Shown: positions 19,843 to 31,414, numbered from the stretch's first letter. The stretch: DNA of 64,000 nucleotides from Terriglobia bacterium (GCA_965223005.1 CBDCVK010000008.1:180389-244388), one strand, 5' to 3'. Program-made: numbers and translations. Notes: generated by a model from the sequence alone, not told the origin.

Positions 19843-21066
19843 ATGCGCATTCTTTCGCAGTCCCGCGACATTGAGCGCTTCCTGGCCAGCCGGCGCTTGG
19901 CACTGGCTCGCGCCGAGGCGGTGGCCCGCCCGATCCTGGAGGCGGTGCGACGGCGAGGCGACCGCGCCCTGGCCGCCTACACCCGGCGCCTGGACGGCTA
20001 CCGCGGACCGCTGCGCCTGAATTCCGCTTCGTTGACACGGGCCTGGAGACAGACGCCACCGGAGTTGCGGCGCGCCCTGCGGCAGGCAGAACAAAATATC
20101 GCCCGCTTCGCCCGCCTGCAAATGCCGAGCCAGTGGCGCCGCCGGGTGGGCCGGGGCAGCTTCGCCGGGCAATTGGTACGGCCGCTGGCGAGCGTGGGCT
20201 GCTACGTTCCCGGCGGGCGCTTCCCCTTGTTCTCGACCGCGCTGATGACGGCTGTTCCTGCCCGTGTGGCCGGCGTCGAGCGCGTTTACGTCGCCTCGCC
20301 CCGCGCGGCTCCGCTGGTGCAGGCGGCCGCACATGTGGCCGGCGTCACAACTGTCTTGGCCGTGGGTGGCGTGCAGGCCATTGCCGCGCTTGCCTACGGC
20401 ACCGAGACCGTGCCTCGGGTGGACAAGATTGTCGGCCCAGGCAACCTCTACGTCACCGCCGCCAAGAAGCTGCTGGCCGGCGAGGTGGCGATTGAGTTTC
20501 TGGCCGGACCGACCGAGGTGGTGCTGGTGGCCCGGGACGGCAACCCCGCCTGGCTGGCCGCCGACCTGATGGCGCAGGCCGAACACGATCCCCAGGCGGC
20601 AGCGATTCTGGTGACTCCCTCGCGCGCTCTGGCTAAAGCTGTGACACGGAAGATCCCGCCGCGCTGGAAGAACTGCACGGCGCTGCTGGCCGGCAGCCTC
20701 ACGCAGGCGCTGGATCTGGCCAACCGCATCGCTCCGGAACACCTCTCGCTGGCCGACCCCCGCTGGGTGAAGCAGGTACGCAATGCCGGCAGCGTATTCC
20801 TGGGGCCGTTCAGCCCGGAAGCCGCCGGCGACTACGCCACCGGGCCGAACCACGTGCTGCCAACGGTCGGGGCGGCGCGCATCCGCGGAGGGTTGTCGGT
20901 GCTGGATTTCGTTAAGATCATCACCGTGCAGCAACTGACACCCGCCGGCCTGCGCGCCCTGGCACCCACGATCACGACACTGGCGCGCGCCGAAGGGCTG
21001 GAGTGGCACGCGCGCTCCGTGGAGGTTCGCTTTGCGAATGCCGGGCGGCGAGGAGGCGGGCGATGA
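19843..21066 (+). CDS. hisD: Histidinol dehydrogenase
   Basis: GCYVPGG, IVGPGNLYV, AGPTE, QAEHD, APEH, GPNHVLPT. Confidence 0.95.
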   Translation: MRILSQSRDIERFLASRRLALARAEAVARPILEAVRRRGDRALAAYTRRLDGYRGPLRLNSASLTRAWRQTPPELRRALRQAEQNIARFARLQMPSQWRRRVGRGSFAGQLVRPLASVGCYVPGGRFPLFSTALMTAVPARVAGVERVYVASPRAAPLVQAAAHVAGVTTVLAVGGVQAIAALAYGTETVPRVDKIVGPGNLYVTAAKKLLAGEVAIEFLAGPTEVVLVARDGNPAWLAADLMAQAEHDPQAAAILVTPSRALAKAVTRKIPPRWKNCTALLAGSLTQALDLANRIAPEHLSLADPRWVKQVRNAGSVFLGPFSPEAAGDYATGPNHVLPTVGAARIRGGLSVLDFVKIITVQQLTPAGLRALAPTITTLARAEGLEWHARSVEVRFANAGRRGGGR

Positions 21067-22106
21067 AGCCCCGCGACGCCGTGCTGCGCATGCGGCCCTA
21101 CTCGCCCCCTTCGGCCGGGCGCGAAGGCCACCTGCGTCTGGACTTCAATGAGAACACGGTGGGCTGCTCGCCGCGCGTGCTCCGCTTGCTCCGCCGGCAC
21201 CTGAGCCGCGAGCGGCTGGCCACCTACCCCGAGTACGAGTCGGCCCGCGGCCGGCTGGCTGCCGCATTCGAGCGTGCCCCCGAGGAGACCCTCATCACCA
21301 ATGGCACCGACGAAGCCATTCAACTTGCCCTCTCAACCTTTGTGGATGCGGGTCGGCGAGTGATCGTGGCCGAACCGACCTTCGCCATCTATCGGTTTTA
21401 CGGTTCACTGTCCGGAGCTGAGGTTGTGGACGTGCATTGTGGTGAAGACCTTGTGTTCCCGGTCGACGCAGTAAGGGAAGAAGCGCGGCGCAACCCGGTC
21501 CGGGCCATCTTCATTGCTAATCCGAACAACCCGACGGGCACGGCGGTGACCCCGGAAGCGATTGAATCGCTGGCGGCGGAATTTCCCGAGACGCTGGCGC
21601 TGGTGGACGAAGCCTACTTCGAGTTTTACGGACGCACAGTGCTGCCGCTAGTGGAGCGCTACCGGAACCTGCTGGTGTCGCGCACTTTTTCCAAGGCCTA
21701 CGGGCTGGCCGCGCTGCGGATCGGGTGCCTGTTCGCTCACCCTGAAACCGCAGCCTCGATGGCCAAAGCGCAGTCGCCCTATAGTGTCAACTCGCCGGCG
21801 CTGGCGGCGGCGCTGGAAGCGGTCTCGGACCGCGAATACGTGCAGAAATATGTTGCAGGAGTGCTGCGCTCCCGCGCGATGTTGGAGCGCGAGTTCCACC
21901 GCCGTGGCATTTCCTACGTGCCTAGCCAGGCCAACTTCATCCTGGCCCGGCTGGGCGAGCGCGCCCGTGCCATCCGCGACGCCCTGCGGACGCGCGGGAT
22001 CCTGACGCGCGACCGTGGCTACGAGCTGCCCGGCAGCCTCCGCTTTACCCTGGGCACCCAGGCGCAAACGCGCCGGCTCATCCAGGCGCTGCGGGATCTG
22101 CTCTGA
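21063..22106 (+). CDS. hisC: Histidinol-phosphate aminotransferase
   Basis: LDFNEN, NPNNPTG, DEAY, RTFSKAYGLAALRIG; ATGA overlap with hisD. Confidence 0.93.
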   Translation: MKPRDAVLRMRPYSPPSAGREGHLRLDFNENTVGCSPRVLRLLRRHLSRERLATYPEYESARGRLAAAFERAPEETLITNGTDEAIQLALSTFVDAGRRVIVAEPTFAIYRFYGSLSGAEVVDVHCGEDLVFPVDAVREEARRNPVRAIFIANPNNPTGTAVTPEAIESLAAEFPETLALVDEAYFEFYGRTVLPLVERYRNLLVSRTFSKAYGLAALRIGCLFAHPETAASMAKAQSPYSVNSPALAAALEAVSDREYVQKYVAGVLRSRAMLEREFHRRGISYVPSQANFILARLGERARAIRDALRTRGILTRDRGYELPGSLRFTLGTQAQTRRLIQALRDLL

Positions 22107-22110
22107 GGAG

Positions 22111-22132
22111 GGACAGGCATCCTTGCCTGTCC
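22111..22132. repeat. REP-like palindrome
   Basis: ggacaggca-tcct-tgcctgtcc between hisC and hisB. Confidence 0.55.
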
Positions 22133-22139
22133 AGAGTTT

Positions 22140-22733
22140 ATGAAGAGACGCTCTGCCAAAGTCGAGCGCAACACGACGGAAACGCAAATCCGCGCGCGGC
22201 TGGTGCTGGACGGTCGCGGGCGAGCCCGCGTCCGCACCGGCGTGCGCTTCCTGGACCACATGCTGGAGCTGTTTGCCAAGCACGGCGGCTTCGATCTCGA
22301 CCTGCAGGCCACCGGCGACCTGGACGTGGACCAGCACCATACCGTCGAGGACGTGGGCATCGTGCTCGGCCAGTGCTTCGACCGCGCTCTGGGCGACCGC
22401 CGCGGCATCAACCGCGCCGGCTATTTCCTGATGCCCATGGACGAAACGCTGGCTTTGGCGGTGGTGGATTTGAGCGGGCGGCCTGTGTTGGTGTATCACG
22501 CACCACTGCGCGTGCGGCGGGTGGGCGACCTTCAGGCCGAACTGCTGGAGGACTTTTTCAGCGGCCTTGCCACTCATGTTCGAGCCAACCTGCACCTGAA
22601 GCTGCTCTATGGCCGCTCTTCCCACCACAAGGTTGAGGGGCTGTTCAAGGCGCTGGCCCGCGCCCTGCGCGTGGCCTGCTCGCGCGACCGCCGCTTGGCC
22701 CGCGAGCTGCCCAGCACCAAAGGCCTGTTGTGA
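22140..22733 (+). CDS. hisB: Imidazoleglycerol-phosphate dehydratase
   Basis: [23 protein letters not shown]. Confidence 0.95.
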   Translation: MKRRSAKVERNTTETQIRARLVLDGRGRARVRTGVRFLDHMLELFAKHGGFDLDLQATGDLDVDQHHTVEDVGIVLGQCFDRALGDRRGINRAGYFLMPMDETLALAVVDLSGRPVLVYHAPLRVRRVGDLQAELLEDFFSGLATHVRANLHLKLLYGRSSHHKVEGLFKALARALRVACSRDRRLARELPSTKGLL

Positions 22734-22771
22734 AGAGACAACGCAAAGTCGCAAAGACATCTAGGAACGCT

Positions 22772-23404
22772 ATGATCGCTGTCATTGATTACGGGGCAGG
22801 GAATTTGCGCTCGGTGTCGAATGCGCTGGCAGTGCTGGACGCCGAGTTCTTGGTCACCAAGGAACCGTCGGGGCTGGAGCAGGCCTCGGCCATCATTCTG
22901 CCCGGCGTGGGGCACTTCGGGCAGATGATGGAGGCGTTGGAAGCCGCCCGACTGGCCGCCCCGTTGCGCCAGAGGCTCGAGTCCGGTACGCCCTACCTGG
23001 GCATCTGCCTGGGAATGCAGGCGCTATTTGAATCAAGCGAAGAGGCACCGGGGCTACGCGGCCTGGCTCTGCTTCCGGGCCAAGTCCGGCGCTTCCCCAC
23101 TGGCCAGAAAGTGCCGCACATGGGCTGGGCCGAAGTCGAGCCTGGCAGCGCCAAAGCAGGGGCGTTCCTTGCCCAAGTATGCGGCCGCATGTATTACTTC
23201 GCCCATTCCTACTACGTGCCCGCCGATGCAGAGGGCTCCGCGGCTACCGCGCGGCACGGGTTGCCGTTCACTGCGGTGCTGCGCCGCGCTAACCTGGTCG
23301 GCTCACAGTTCCATCCTGAAAAGTCGGGGCCGGCCGGACTCAATTTCCTGCGCACCTGGGTTGAGCAATGCCAGCAAAACGCATCATCGCCTGCCTCGAC
23401 GTGA
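22772..23404 (+). CDS. hisH: Imidazole glycerol phosphate synthase glutaminase subunit
   Basis: DYGAGNL, LPGVG, GICLGMQ, QFHPEKS. Confidence 0.95.
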   Translation: MIAVIDYGAGNLRSVSNALAVLDAEFLVTKEPSGLEQASAIILPGVGHFGQMMEALEAARLAAPLRQRLESGTPYLGICLGMQALFESSEEAPGLRGLALLPGQVRRFPTGQKVPHMGWAEVEPGSAKAGAFLAQVCGRMYYFAHSYYVPADAEGSAATARHGLPFTAVLRRANLVGSQFHPEKSGPAGLNFLRTWVEQCQQNASSPAST

Positions 23405-24129
23405 AGGACGGGCGCGTGGTCAAAGGCGTCCGCTTCGTCAACCTGCGGGACGCCGGCGATCCGCCCGACCTGGCGGCCGCCTACAGCGAAGTGGGCATTG
23501 ACGAGGTGGTATTTCTGGACATCACCGCGTCGGCCGAAGGACGCGGGCTGATGGTCGGGATCGTGGAGCGCACAGCGCAGAAGGTGTTCATCCCGCTGGC
23601 GGTGGGCGGCGGCGTGCGCAACGTGGAGGACGCGCGGCGCCTGCTCCGCGCCGGCGCCGACAAGGTTTCGGTAAACACGGCAGCGGTGGAGCGCCCGGCA
23701 TTGCTCACCGAGATGTCCCGCGAGTTTGGCGCGCAGGCGGTGGTACTGGCCATAGACGCAAAGCGTGAGGGGAATGGCTGGCGCGTCCACACCTACGGCG
23801 GGCGCCGTCCGGTTGAGCGGGACGCGGTAGCCTGGGCCGCGGAGGGGGAGCGGCTGGGTGCGGGGGAAATCCTGCTGACCTCGATGGATTGCGACGGCAC
23901 CAAGGCTGGCTTTGATTGCGAGCTGACCCGGGCGGTGGCCCGCGCGGTGGGCATCCCCGTCATCGCCTCCGGCGGTGGAGGTGAGCCGGCGCATTTCTAT
24001 GACGTGCTGACCGCAGGGCAGGCCGACGCGGCGCTGGCCGCCTCCATCTTCCACTACGCCGAGATTCCCGTCAGCGACCTGAAGCGCTACCTCGACCAGC
24101 GCGGTGTCCCCATGCGCATGATCGAATAG
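23368..24129 (+). CDS. hisF: Imidazole glycerol phosphate synthase cyclase subunit
   Basis: [32 protein letters not shown]. Confidence 0.96.
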   Translation: MPAKRIIACLDVKDGRVVKGVRFVNLRDAGDPPDLAAAYSEVGIDEVVFLDITASAEGRGLMVGIVERTAQKVFIPLAVGGGVRNVEDARRLLRAGADKVSVNTAAVERPALLTEMSREFGAQAVVLAIDAKREGNGWRVHTYGGRRPVERDAVAWAAEGERLGAGEILLTSMDCDGTKAGFDCELTRAVARAVGIPVIASGGGGEPAHFYDVLTAGQADAALAASIFHYAEIPVSDLKRYLDQRGVPMRMIE

Positions 24130-24140
24130 GAATTTAATGA

Positions 24141-24203
24141 ATCCGCAGATTGCGCAGATTTTCACAGATTTCTTTTTCTGCGGAATCTGCGAAATCCGCG
24201 GAT
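24141..24203. repeat. Palindromic intergenic element, ATCCGCAGATT family, copy 2
   Basis: atccgcagattgcgcagattttcacagatt ... aatctgcgaaatccgcggat. Confidence 0.75.
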
Positions 24204-24210
24204 GTTTCCC

Positions 24211-24921
24211 ATGATTATTCCGTGCATTGACTTGATGGAAGGCAAGGCGGTGCAACTGGTGCGCGGCCAGACGAAGGCCCTGGAGCGCGCCGACGTTCTG
24301 GGGCAACTGGAGGAGTTCGCCGGCTTTCCTGAAATCCAGGTCATTGACCTGGATGCCGCCATGGGCAGAGGAAGCAACGACCCTCTGGTGCGCCAGCTCT
24401 GTGCCCGCGCGCGCTGCCGCGTGGGCGGCGGCGTGCGCACTACGGCCCGCGCCGAGCAGTTGCTCGGTGCGGGGGCGAGCAAGCTGATTGTCGGCACCTC
24501 CGCTTTTCACAGCCAGGGGATCAACGCGCCGTTCCTGGAGTCGCTGCGGGACGCCTCCGGCGCTGCATGCATCATCCTGGCGCTGGACTCCCACCATGGC
24601 CGCATTGTGGTGCGGGGCTGGCGCGAGTCCACCGGGCTGGCGGCTGAGCAGATCGTGCGCGAGCTAGAGCCTTACTGTGGCGAGTTCCTGTGCACCTTTG
24701 TGGATAACGAAGGCACCATGACCGGCACGGACCTGGAGTGGTTCCGGCGGCTCCGCCAGGCCACCGCGAGGCCCATCACGGCTGCCGGTGGCATCGCCAC
24801 CCTGGAAGAGATCGCTGCCCTCGATGAGCTGGGGATCCATGCCGCGCTGGGCATGGCGGTCTATACCGGCCGCCTGCGCCTGGAGGATCTGCGCGCCTTT
24901 CGCCCACGGACTGCCGGATGA
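24211..24921 (+). CDS. hisA: ProFAR isomerase
   Basis: IIPCIDL..GKAVQL, VIDLDAA, VGGGVR, AAGGI. Confidence 0.92.
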   Translation: MIIPCIDLMEGKAVQLVRGQTKALERADVLGQLEEFAGFPEIQVIDLDAAMGRGSNDPLVRQLCARARCRVGGGVRTTARAEQLLGAGASKLIVGTSAFHSQGINAPFLESLRDASGAACIILALDSHHGRIVVRGWRESTGLAAEQIVRELEPYCGEFLCTFVDNEGTMTGTDLEWFRRLRQATARPITAAGGIATLEEIAALDELGIHAALGMAVYTGRLRLEDLRAFRPRTAG

Positions 24922-24930
24922 GCGCCTTTG

Positions 24931-24939
24931 TGCTAGAAT
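24931..24939 (+). promoter_or_regulatory. Extended -10 promoter for the HMA gene
   Basis: TG-C-TAGAAT, followed by a strong GGAGG ribosome-binding site before ATG 24975. Confidence 0.5.
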
Positions 24940-24974
24940 CCGCTCGACAGGCTAAACCCGGAGGAGGTGGAGCT

Positions 24975-25289
24975 ATGACCAGGCTAGGAAGCTTGTTTGG
25001 CATTGGGCTGTTGCTGATGGGGCCGCTGGTTGCCGCGCAGCACGCCGTGGCCGGCAAGGAGAAGACTGTCTCGCTCGCAATCAGCGGCATGACCTGAAAC
25101 GCCTGCGCCAGCACAGTGCGGTCTGCACTGCAAGAGGTGAAGGGCGTCAAGGAAGCCAAGGTCTCACTGGCGGACAACGAGGCCGTCGTGAAATACGACC
25201 CCGAGGTCTGCAAAGTCGACGACCTCATCCAAGCGGTGAAGAAGGCGCGCGGGATGAGCCGGTACGACGCCAAGGTCAAAAAGAAGTAG
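24975..25289 (+). CDS. Secreted heavy-metal-associated (MerP/CopZ-like) protein with in-frame TGA, probable selenoprotein (104 aa)
   Basis: Signal peptide, then ISGMT-[TGA 25095-25097]-NACASTVRSALQEVKGVKEAKVSL..YDP; TGA falls at the first Cys of GMxCxxC. Confidence 0.85.
25111..25131 (+). promoter_or_regulatory. Putative bacterial SECIS hairpin
   Basis: cagtgc-ggtct-gcactg; loop starts 22 nt after the TGA; GGUCUGCAC resembles the apical part of the E. coli fdhF SECIS. Confidence 0.7.
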
Positions 25290-25479
25290 TTTGCCGTTGG
25301 TTGATTCGTAGCGGCGCTTTTAAAGCGCCACGGCCAGCCGCCAGGGTGGGAGGCTGAAGTGTGCCGCTGCCGCCTGAGCCAGGGCTATTCGCCTGGCATT
25401 TTCTAGGACTCAGGACAGAACTTCCTGAGCAAACTCAAATGATTGTAAATAAATGGCTTCTTTGCCGGAAGCTCGCCTA

Positions 25480-25508
25480 TTGACTTTCGCTTTTAATTCG
25501 CCTACCAT
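25480..25508 (+). promoter_or_regulatory. sigma70 promoter with a LexA-like direct-repeat box in the spacer
   Basis: TTGACT-17 nt-TACCAT; overlapping TTTC-N7-ATTC (TTCGC repeated at 11 nt), similar to the GTTC-N7-GTTC box of Acidobacterium. Confidence 0.7.
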
Positions 25509-25567
25509 GAATTTGCTAGCGATTGCTGAGTGGCTGCCCGCAACGCCCCGAGTGCGGCTTGGCCTCT

Positions 25568-26185
25568 ATGAGTTTGGTGCCTGCAACCCCGAGCCTTCGT
25601 CTCCCTGTGGCAGGGCAACCCTGGCGGCTGCCCGCGCAGGGGTTAGCAGTCTTTCAGGGGGAGGGTTGCGCGGCGCGGCTTTCTCACTATTTCCTTCCGC
25701 GGGTCTTTCTCGCCGGCAAGCATGTCCTGTACCTGGACGGCGCCAACCGGGTGGACCCTCTGCTGATCGCGCGCTTTGCGCGGCAGCGCGGACGTGAGCC
25801 GGCGGAGTTCAATCGCCGCATAAAAGTCGCCCGCGCCTTCACCTGTTTCCAGCTTACCGAATTGCTGGCCCGGGTGCCGCGGGCGCTTCGAGCCTTTCCG
25901 GCGGACATTCTGATCGTCACTGCCTTCCCGGATTTGTATTTCGATGAAGACGTGCCCGATGGTGCCGCGTACGCCTCCTTCGGTCAGGCCCTCCAGCACT
26001 TGAAGCGACTGCGCGCGTCGCTGCCGGTGGCGGTGTTCTCTGACGCTGCCTCCTTCACCACGCCGCGAAGAAGATTGTTCGACCGGGTGGTCGCCGGGGC
26101 GGACCAGGTATGGAGGTTCACGCTGCAGGCGGACGGAAAACCGCAACTGCTCTGCGAACGCTCCTGCCTGCGGTTACCTGCTTGA
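25568..26185 (+). CDS. Inactive RadA/RecA-like protein (PolB2-associated)
   Basis: VLYLDGANRVDP, VARAFTCFQL; no Walker A lysine. Confidence 0.75.
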   Translation: MSLVPATPSLRLPVAGQPWRLPAQGLAVFQGEGCAARLSHYFLPRVFLAGKHVLYLDGANRVDPLLIARFARQRGREPAEFNRRIKVARAFTCFQLTELLARVPRALRAFPADILIVTAFPDLYFDEDVPDGAAYASFGQALQHLKRLRASLPVAVFSDAASFTTPRRRLFDRVVAGADQVWRFTLQADGKPQLLCERSCLRLPA

Positions 26186-26192
26186 GAGCGCT

Positions 26193-26561
26193 ATGGGTCG
26201 CACCGTTCCAACCTTTCGCCAGCTGATTGATCAGGCGGTAGAGCGCTGGGCGAAGTTCCGCCGGGCGCTGCGGCGGGAGGATCAGGAGCATTTCGACCGC
26301 CTGTTCCTGCGCGTCCGCTCCTACACGCAGGCGGCGACCTACCAGGCGAGCGACAATCCGATGGAAGCCATCCTGCTGTCCATCGCGCTGGACCAGGAGA
26401 AGCGATTGCGGGCACTCGAGCGGCGCCTGTGGCAAGCGGAGGGAGGGCATGCGACTACAAGGATGGCTCCTGGACCTCTATCCCAGCCCGCAGGGGATGA
26501 CCCTGTGGTTGATCGAAGAGGGCCAGACGCGCCACCGCCAGAGACACCATCGGCTGATTGA
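26193..26561 (+). CDS. Small helical partner of PolB2 (PPB2/arCOG07300-like)
   Basis: MGRTVPTFR..W..FRRALR.EDQ..FDRL pattern; position between the RadA-like and PolB genes. Confidence 0.7.
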   Translation: MGRTVPTFRQLIDQAVERWAKFRRALRREDQEHFDRLFLRVRSYTQAATYQASDNPMEAILLSIALDQEKRLRALERRLWQAEGGHATTRMAPGPLSQPAGDDPVVDRRGPDAPPPETPSAD

Positions 26562-28731
26562 TCCGTTTACGCCCGCCTTCTTCGCACACGGTGCCCCGAC
26601 CCGGCTGCGGCGGCTTCAGGAGGCCCTCGGGCGGCGAACTCCCCTGAGGTGCCAACTGACCGAGCGCGCCGATCTGTGGCAGCCAACACCGCTCCAGGTG
26701 CTGGAGGTCACTGTCCCGTACCCCACCGCGTTTGCCTCCTGGGTGCGCTGGGTTCATCGGTTCGATCCCGACCTACGGCTCTACAACAGCGACCTCATGC
26801 TTGCCCCCCTCTATTGCTGGGAGAAGCGGGTGTTCCCCTTCGCCCGAGTGGAGGTGGAGGTGGACGACAAGGGGCAGGTGCGTGCTCTCCAGTGCCAGGA
26901 CAGCGAGTGGGCGCTGGACTACCCGCTGCCGCCGCTCCAGGTGATGCACCTGCGGCTGGAGGGGCTGTCGGCGGTCAACCCCCGGCACGGACGGCGCGGC
27001 GCGCTGGAGGTGGAGGTGGACGGCGAGTGCTCGGTCATCGAAGAATCCGCCGAGCCTGCGGTGGTCACAGTGCAGCACCTTGTGGAGCGGCACGACCCGG
27101 ATCTGATCCTCTCGGAGTGGGGCGACTCCACCATCTTTCCGCTCCTGCGCCAGCAAGCCCAGCGGTTGAACCTTCCCCTGCCGCTCAACCGGGATGCCAG
27201 CCTGCCGGTGCACCAGAGCCGCGCCCGAAGCTTTATGAGCTACGGGCGGATTCTGTTCAAGGACAGCGCAACCACGCTCTACGGGCGGCTGCACGTGGAT
27301 CTGAGCAATTCCTTCATCGCCGATCATTGCCAGCAGGACGGGCTGTGGGAGCTGGCCCGGCTCACCAAGCTGCCGGTGCAGTATGCCGCCCGCACGACCA
27401 CCGGCACGGGCATCTCTTACATGCAGATGGAGGTGGCCTACCGCGACGGCATCCTCATCCCGGAGCAAAAGAGTGAGCCAGAGGACTTCAAGCACCCCGA
27501 CCAGCTTCTGATCGCCGACCGCGGCGGGCTGGTCTTCCCACCCATCCTGGGGTTCCACGAGAACGTGGCCGAGCTGGACTTCCCCTCCCAGTTCCCCAGC
27601 ATCATGGTGCACTTCAATGTGTCCTCGGAGACGGTGAATTGCCGCTGCTGCCCGGAGAGTCCCCCCATTCCCGAGGTGGGCTACCGCATCTGCCGCAAGC
27701 GGCAAGGAGTGGTGGGACGCACCGTCGCCCCGCTGATTGAAAAACGGCAGCAGTACAAAGAGCACATGCGGCAAACCGCAGACGCCGCCTTGCTGGAGAC
27801 CTACCGGCGCCGCCGGGAGGCGCAGAAGTGGCTGCTGGTCTGCTGCTTCGGCTATTTGGGGTACAAGAACGCCCGGCTGGGCAAGATTGAGGCTCACGAG
27901 AGCATCAATGCCATCGGGCGCGAGCAGCTTCTGGTGGCCAAGGAAACGGCCGAGCAGCGCGGGTTCCGCGTCCTGCACGCCATCGTGGACAGCATGTACG
28001 TGCAGAAACCGCAGGCCGTCCGGGAAGACTATCTGGCGCTGGCCGAGGAGATTGGCGAGCGGGCCGGCTTGCCTATTGCGCTGGAGGCCCTGTATCGCTA
28101 CATCGTGTTCCTGCCTTCCAAGCAATTTGCCGGCGTCCCGGTGCCCAACCGCTTCTTCGCCGTCAGCGAGGAAGCCGAGTTGAAGGTGCGGGGCCTGGAG
28201 TGTCGCCGCCACGACACTCCGCCCCTGGTCGCCCGGATGCAGAAGCAAATCCTCGCTATCCTGGCCGAAGCGTGCGACCGCCAGAGTTATCGCCAGAAGC
28301 TGGAGGAAGCCCGCGGTGTGCTGGAGCGCTACCTGGAGCGGCTGGAGAGTGGCATGGTGGCGGTGGAGGATTTGGTGATCAGCAAGCGTCTCACCCGTCC
28401 GCCGCGCGACTATCAGAAGGCCAGCCTGACGGCCATCGCCGCCCAGCAACTGTTCGGGCGAGGCGTGCAGCTCCGTCCGGGGCAGACGGTGGAGTACGTC
28501 ATCACCGACGCGGCGGCCGCGCTCCCCAATGACCGCGTCCGCGCCTATGCCCTGTGGGAAGGCTGGCACGGCTATGACCGCAAGAAATACCGCGACCTGT
28601 TACTGGAAGCTTTTCACACCCTGGAAAGCCCCTTCCGCGCCTCTCTGCCAACGTCCGCCCAACCAAGGTTGACCGTCTCGTCTTCCAGCGTCGCGCAGCC
28701 TCCCGTAGAAACCAGCGGTTTACCGCGCTAG
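26449..28731 (+). CDS. Family B DNA polymerase, PolB2 group
   Basis: DRGG, LDFPSQFPSI, KWLLVCCFGYLG, HAIVDS in place of YGDTDS, KVRGLE.RR.D. Confidence 0.88.
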   Translation: MRLQGWLLDLYPSPQGMTLWLIEEGQTRHRQRHHRLIDPFTPAFFAHGAPTRLRRLQEALGRRTPLRCQLTERADLWQPTPLQVLEVTVPYPTAFASWVRWVHRFDPDLRLYNSDLMLAPLYCWEKRVFPFARVEVEVDDKGQVRALQCQDSEWALDYPLPPLQVMHLRLEGLSAVNPRHGRRGALEVEVDGECSVIEESAEPAVVTVQHLVERHDPDLILSEWGDSTIFPLLRQQAQRLNLPLPLNRDASLPVHQSRARSFMSYGRILFKDSATTLYGRLHVDLSNSFIADHCQQDGLWELARLTKLPVQYAARTTTGTGISYMQMEVAYRDGILIPEQKSEPEDFKHPDQLLIADRGGLVFPPILGFHENVAELDFPSQFPSIMVHFNVSSETVNCRCCPESPPIPEVGYRICRKRQGVVGRTVAPLIEKRQQYKEHMRQTADAALLETYRRRREAQKWLLVCCFGYLGYKNARLGKIEAHESINAIGREQLLVAKETAEQRGFRVLHAIVDSMYVQKPQAVREDYLALAEEIGERAGLPIALEALYRYIVFLPSKQFAGVPVPNRFFAVSEEAELKVRGLECRRHDTPPLVARMQKQILAILAEACDRQSYRQKLEEARGVLERYLERLESGMVAVEDLVISKRLTRPPRDYQKASLTAIAAQQLFGRGVQLRPGQTVEYVITDAAAALPNDRVRAYALWEGWHGYDRKKYRDLLLEAFHTLESPFRASLPTSAQPRLTVSSSSVAQPPVETSGLPR

Positions 28732-29630
28732 CTGGTGGTGGGTTCTTCGATGGCGCCGGAGCGGCGGACCACCTCCAGGAAGGCGCGGGCCGCGTGGGAA
28801 AGATGGCGGCGGCCGGGGTGCAGCAGGCGGATCTTGCGCTCCACGCGCAGCTCCTTGATGGGCACCTCGACCAGCGTGCCCGCCTCCAGCTCCTGCTCCA
28901 CCACCATCCGCGGCAGAAAGGCCACCCCCATCCGCGACTGCACCGCCTTCTTGATGGCCTCCAGCGTGGGCATCTCCACCTCCATATTGAGCGGCACTTT
29001 GTGCTTCTGGAAAGCGCGCAGCACGGTTTGCCGGTAGGGGGAAATGACGTTGTGGGCGATAAAGATCTCGATCCCCAGGTCCCGGATCTTGACTGTCTGC
29101 TTCCCCCCAAGGCGGTGTCCCGGATAGACCACAAAGGCCAGATGGTCGGTGTAGATGATCATGGACCGAAGGTTGCGGTCCGCAGGCTCGTAGGAGATGA
29201 CGCCCAGTTCCACCGAATTCTCCAGCACGTCCTGCGGGATGCGGCTGGAGAGGCTGCGGCGCACCTCCACCTTCAGCCGCGGGTAGAGGGCGCGGAAGTT
29301 GTGAACGTGGCGCAGCAGGTAGATGACGCCGCTCTCGTTGGCGCCGATGGTGAGCCGTCCGGTGCTGTTGTCGCGCAGCTCCACCAGCGCGTTGTTCAGG
29401 TCGCGGCGCAGGTTCTCAAACTTTTGCGCGTACTCCAGCACGATGCGCCCGGCGTCGGTGAGCGTGCCGTCTTTCAGCGAGCGGTCCACCAGCGTCTCGC
29501 CTAATTCCGCCTCCAGCTTTTGCAGCGCTAGGCTGACGGCGGGCTGGGTCCGCAACAGCCGCTGGGCGGCCCGGGAGAAGCTTTTTTCGGTGGCCACGGC
29601 CAGGAAGACTTCCAGTTGGCTGAGTTCCAT
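28728..29630 (-). CDS. LysR family transcriptional regulator
   Basis: SFSRAA..L..TQPAVS..LE HTH plus substrate-binding domain; divergent from leuA. Confidence 0.95.
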   Translation of the reverse strand: MELSQLEVFLAVATEKSFSRAAQRLLRTQPAVSLALQKLEAELGETLVDRSLKDGTLTDAGRIVLEYAQKFENLRRDLNNALVELRDNSTGRLTIGANESGVIYLLRHVHNFRALYPRLKVEVRRSLSSRIPQDVLENSVELGVISYEPADRNLRSMIIYTDHLAFVVYPGHRLGGKQTVKIRDLGIEIFIAHNVISPYRQTVLRAFQKHKVPLNMEVEMPTLEAIKKAVQSRMGVAFLPRMVVEQELEAGTLVEVPIKELRVERKIRLLHPGRRHLSHAARAFLEVVRRSGAIEEPTTS

Positions 29631-29640
29631 GGCGGTGAGT

Positions 29641-29685
29641 ATAACAGAAGCTTATCTTCCTACAAGAATTATAAATTTGCGTTAT
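29641..29685. promoter_or_regulatory. Two LysR-type operator sites
   Basis: ATAA-N7-TTAT at 29641-29655 and 29671-29685 (T-N11-A core). Confidence 0.7.
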
Positions 29686-29743
29686 CCAGCCAGGTCCGGC
29701 ATGCTAGGACTTTCGGCACTGAGCGTCAGCCCCGGAGGTTTCG

Positions 29744-31318
<1,575 letters not shown>

Positions 31319-31320
31319 TA

Positions 31321-31414
31321 ATCCGCAGATTGCGCAGATTTCGCAGATGCTGAGGCTCGACCCGGAGAGTCCCGGCTGGCCGCCCATGTGTGCCAATCTG
31401 CGACATCTGCGGAT
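31321..31414. repeat. Palindromic intergenic element, ATCCGCAGATT family, copy 3 (long internal spacer)
   Basis: atccgcagattgcgcagatt ... aatctgcgacatctgcggat. Confidence 0.75.
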
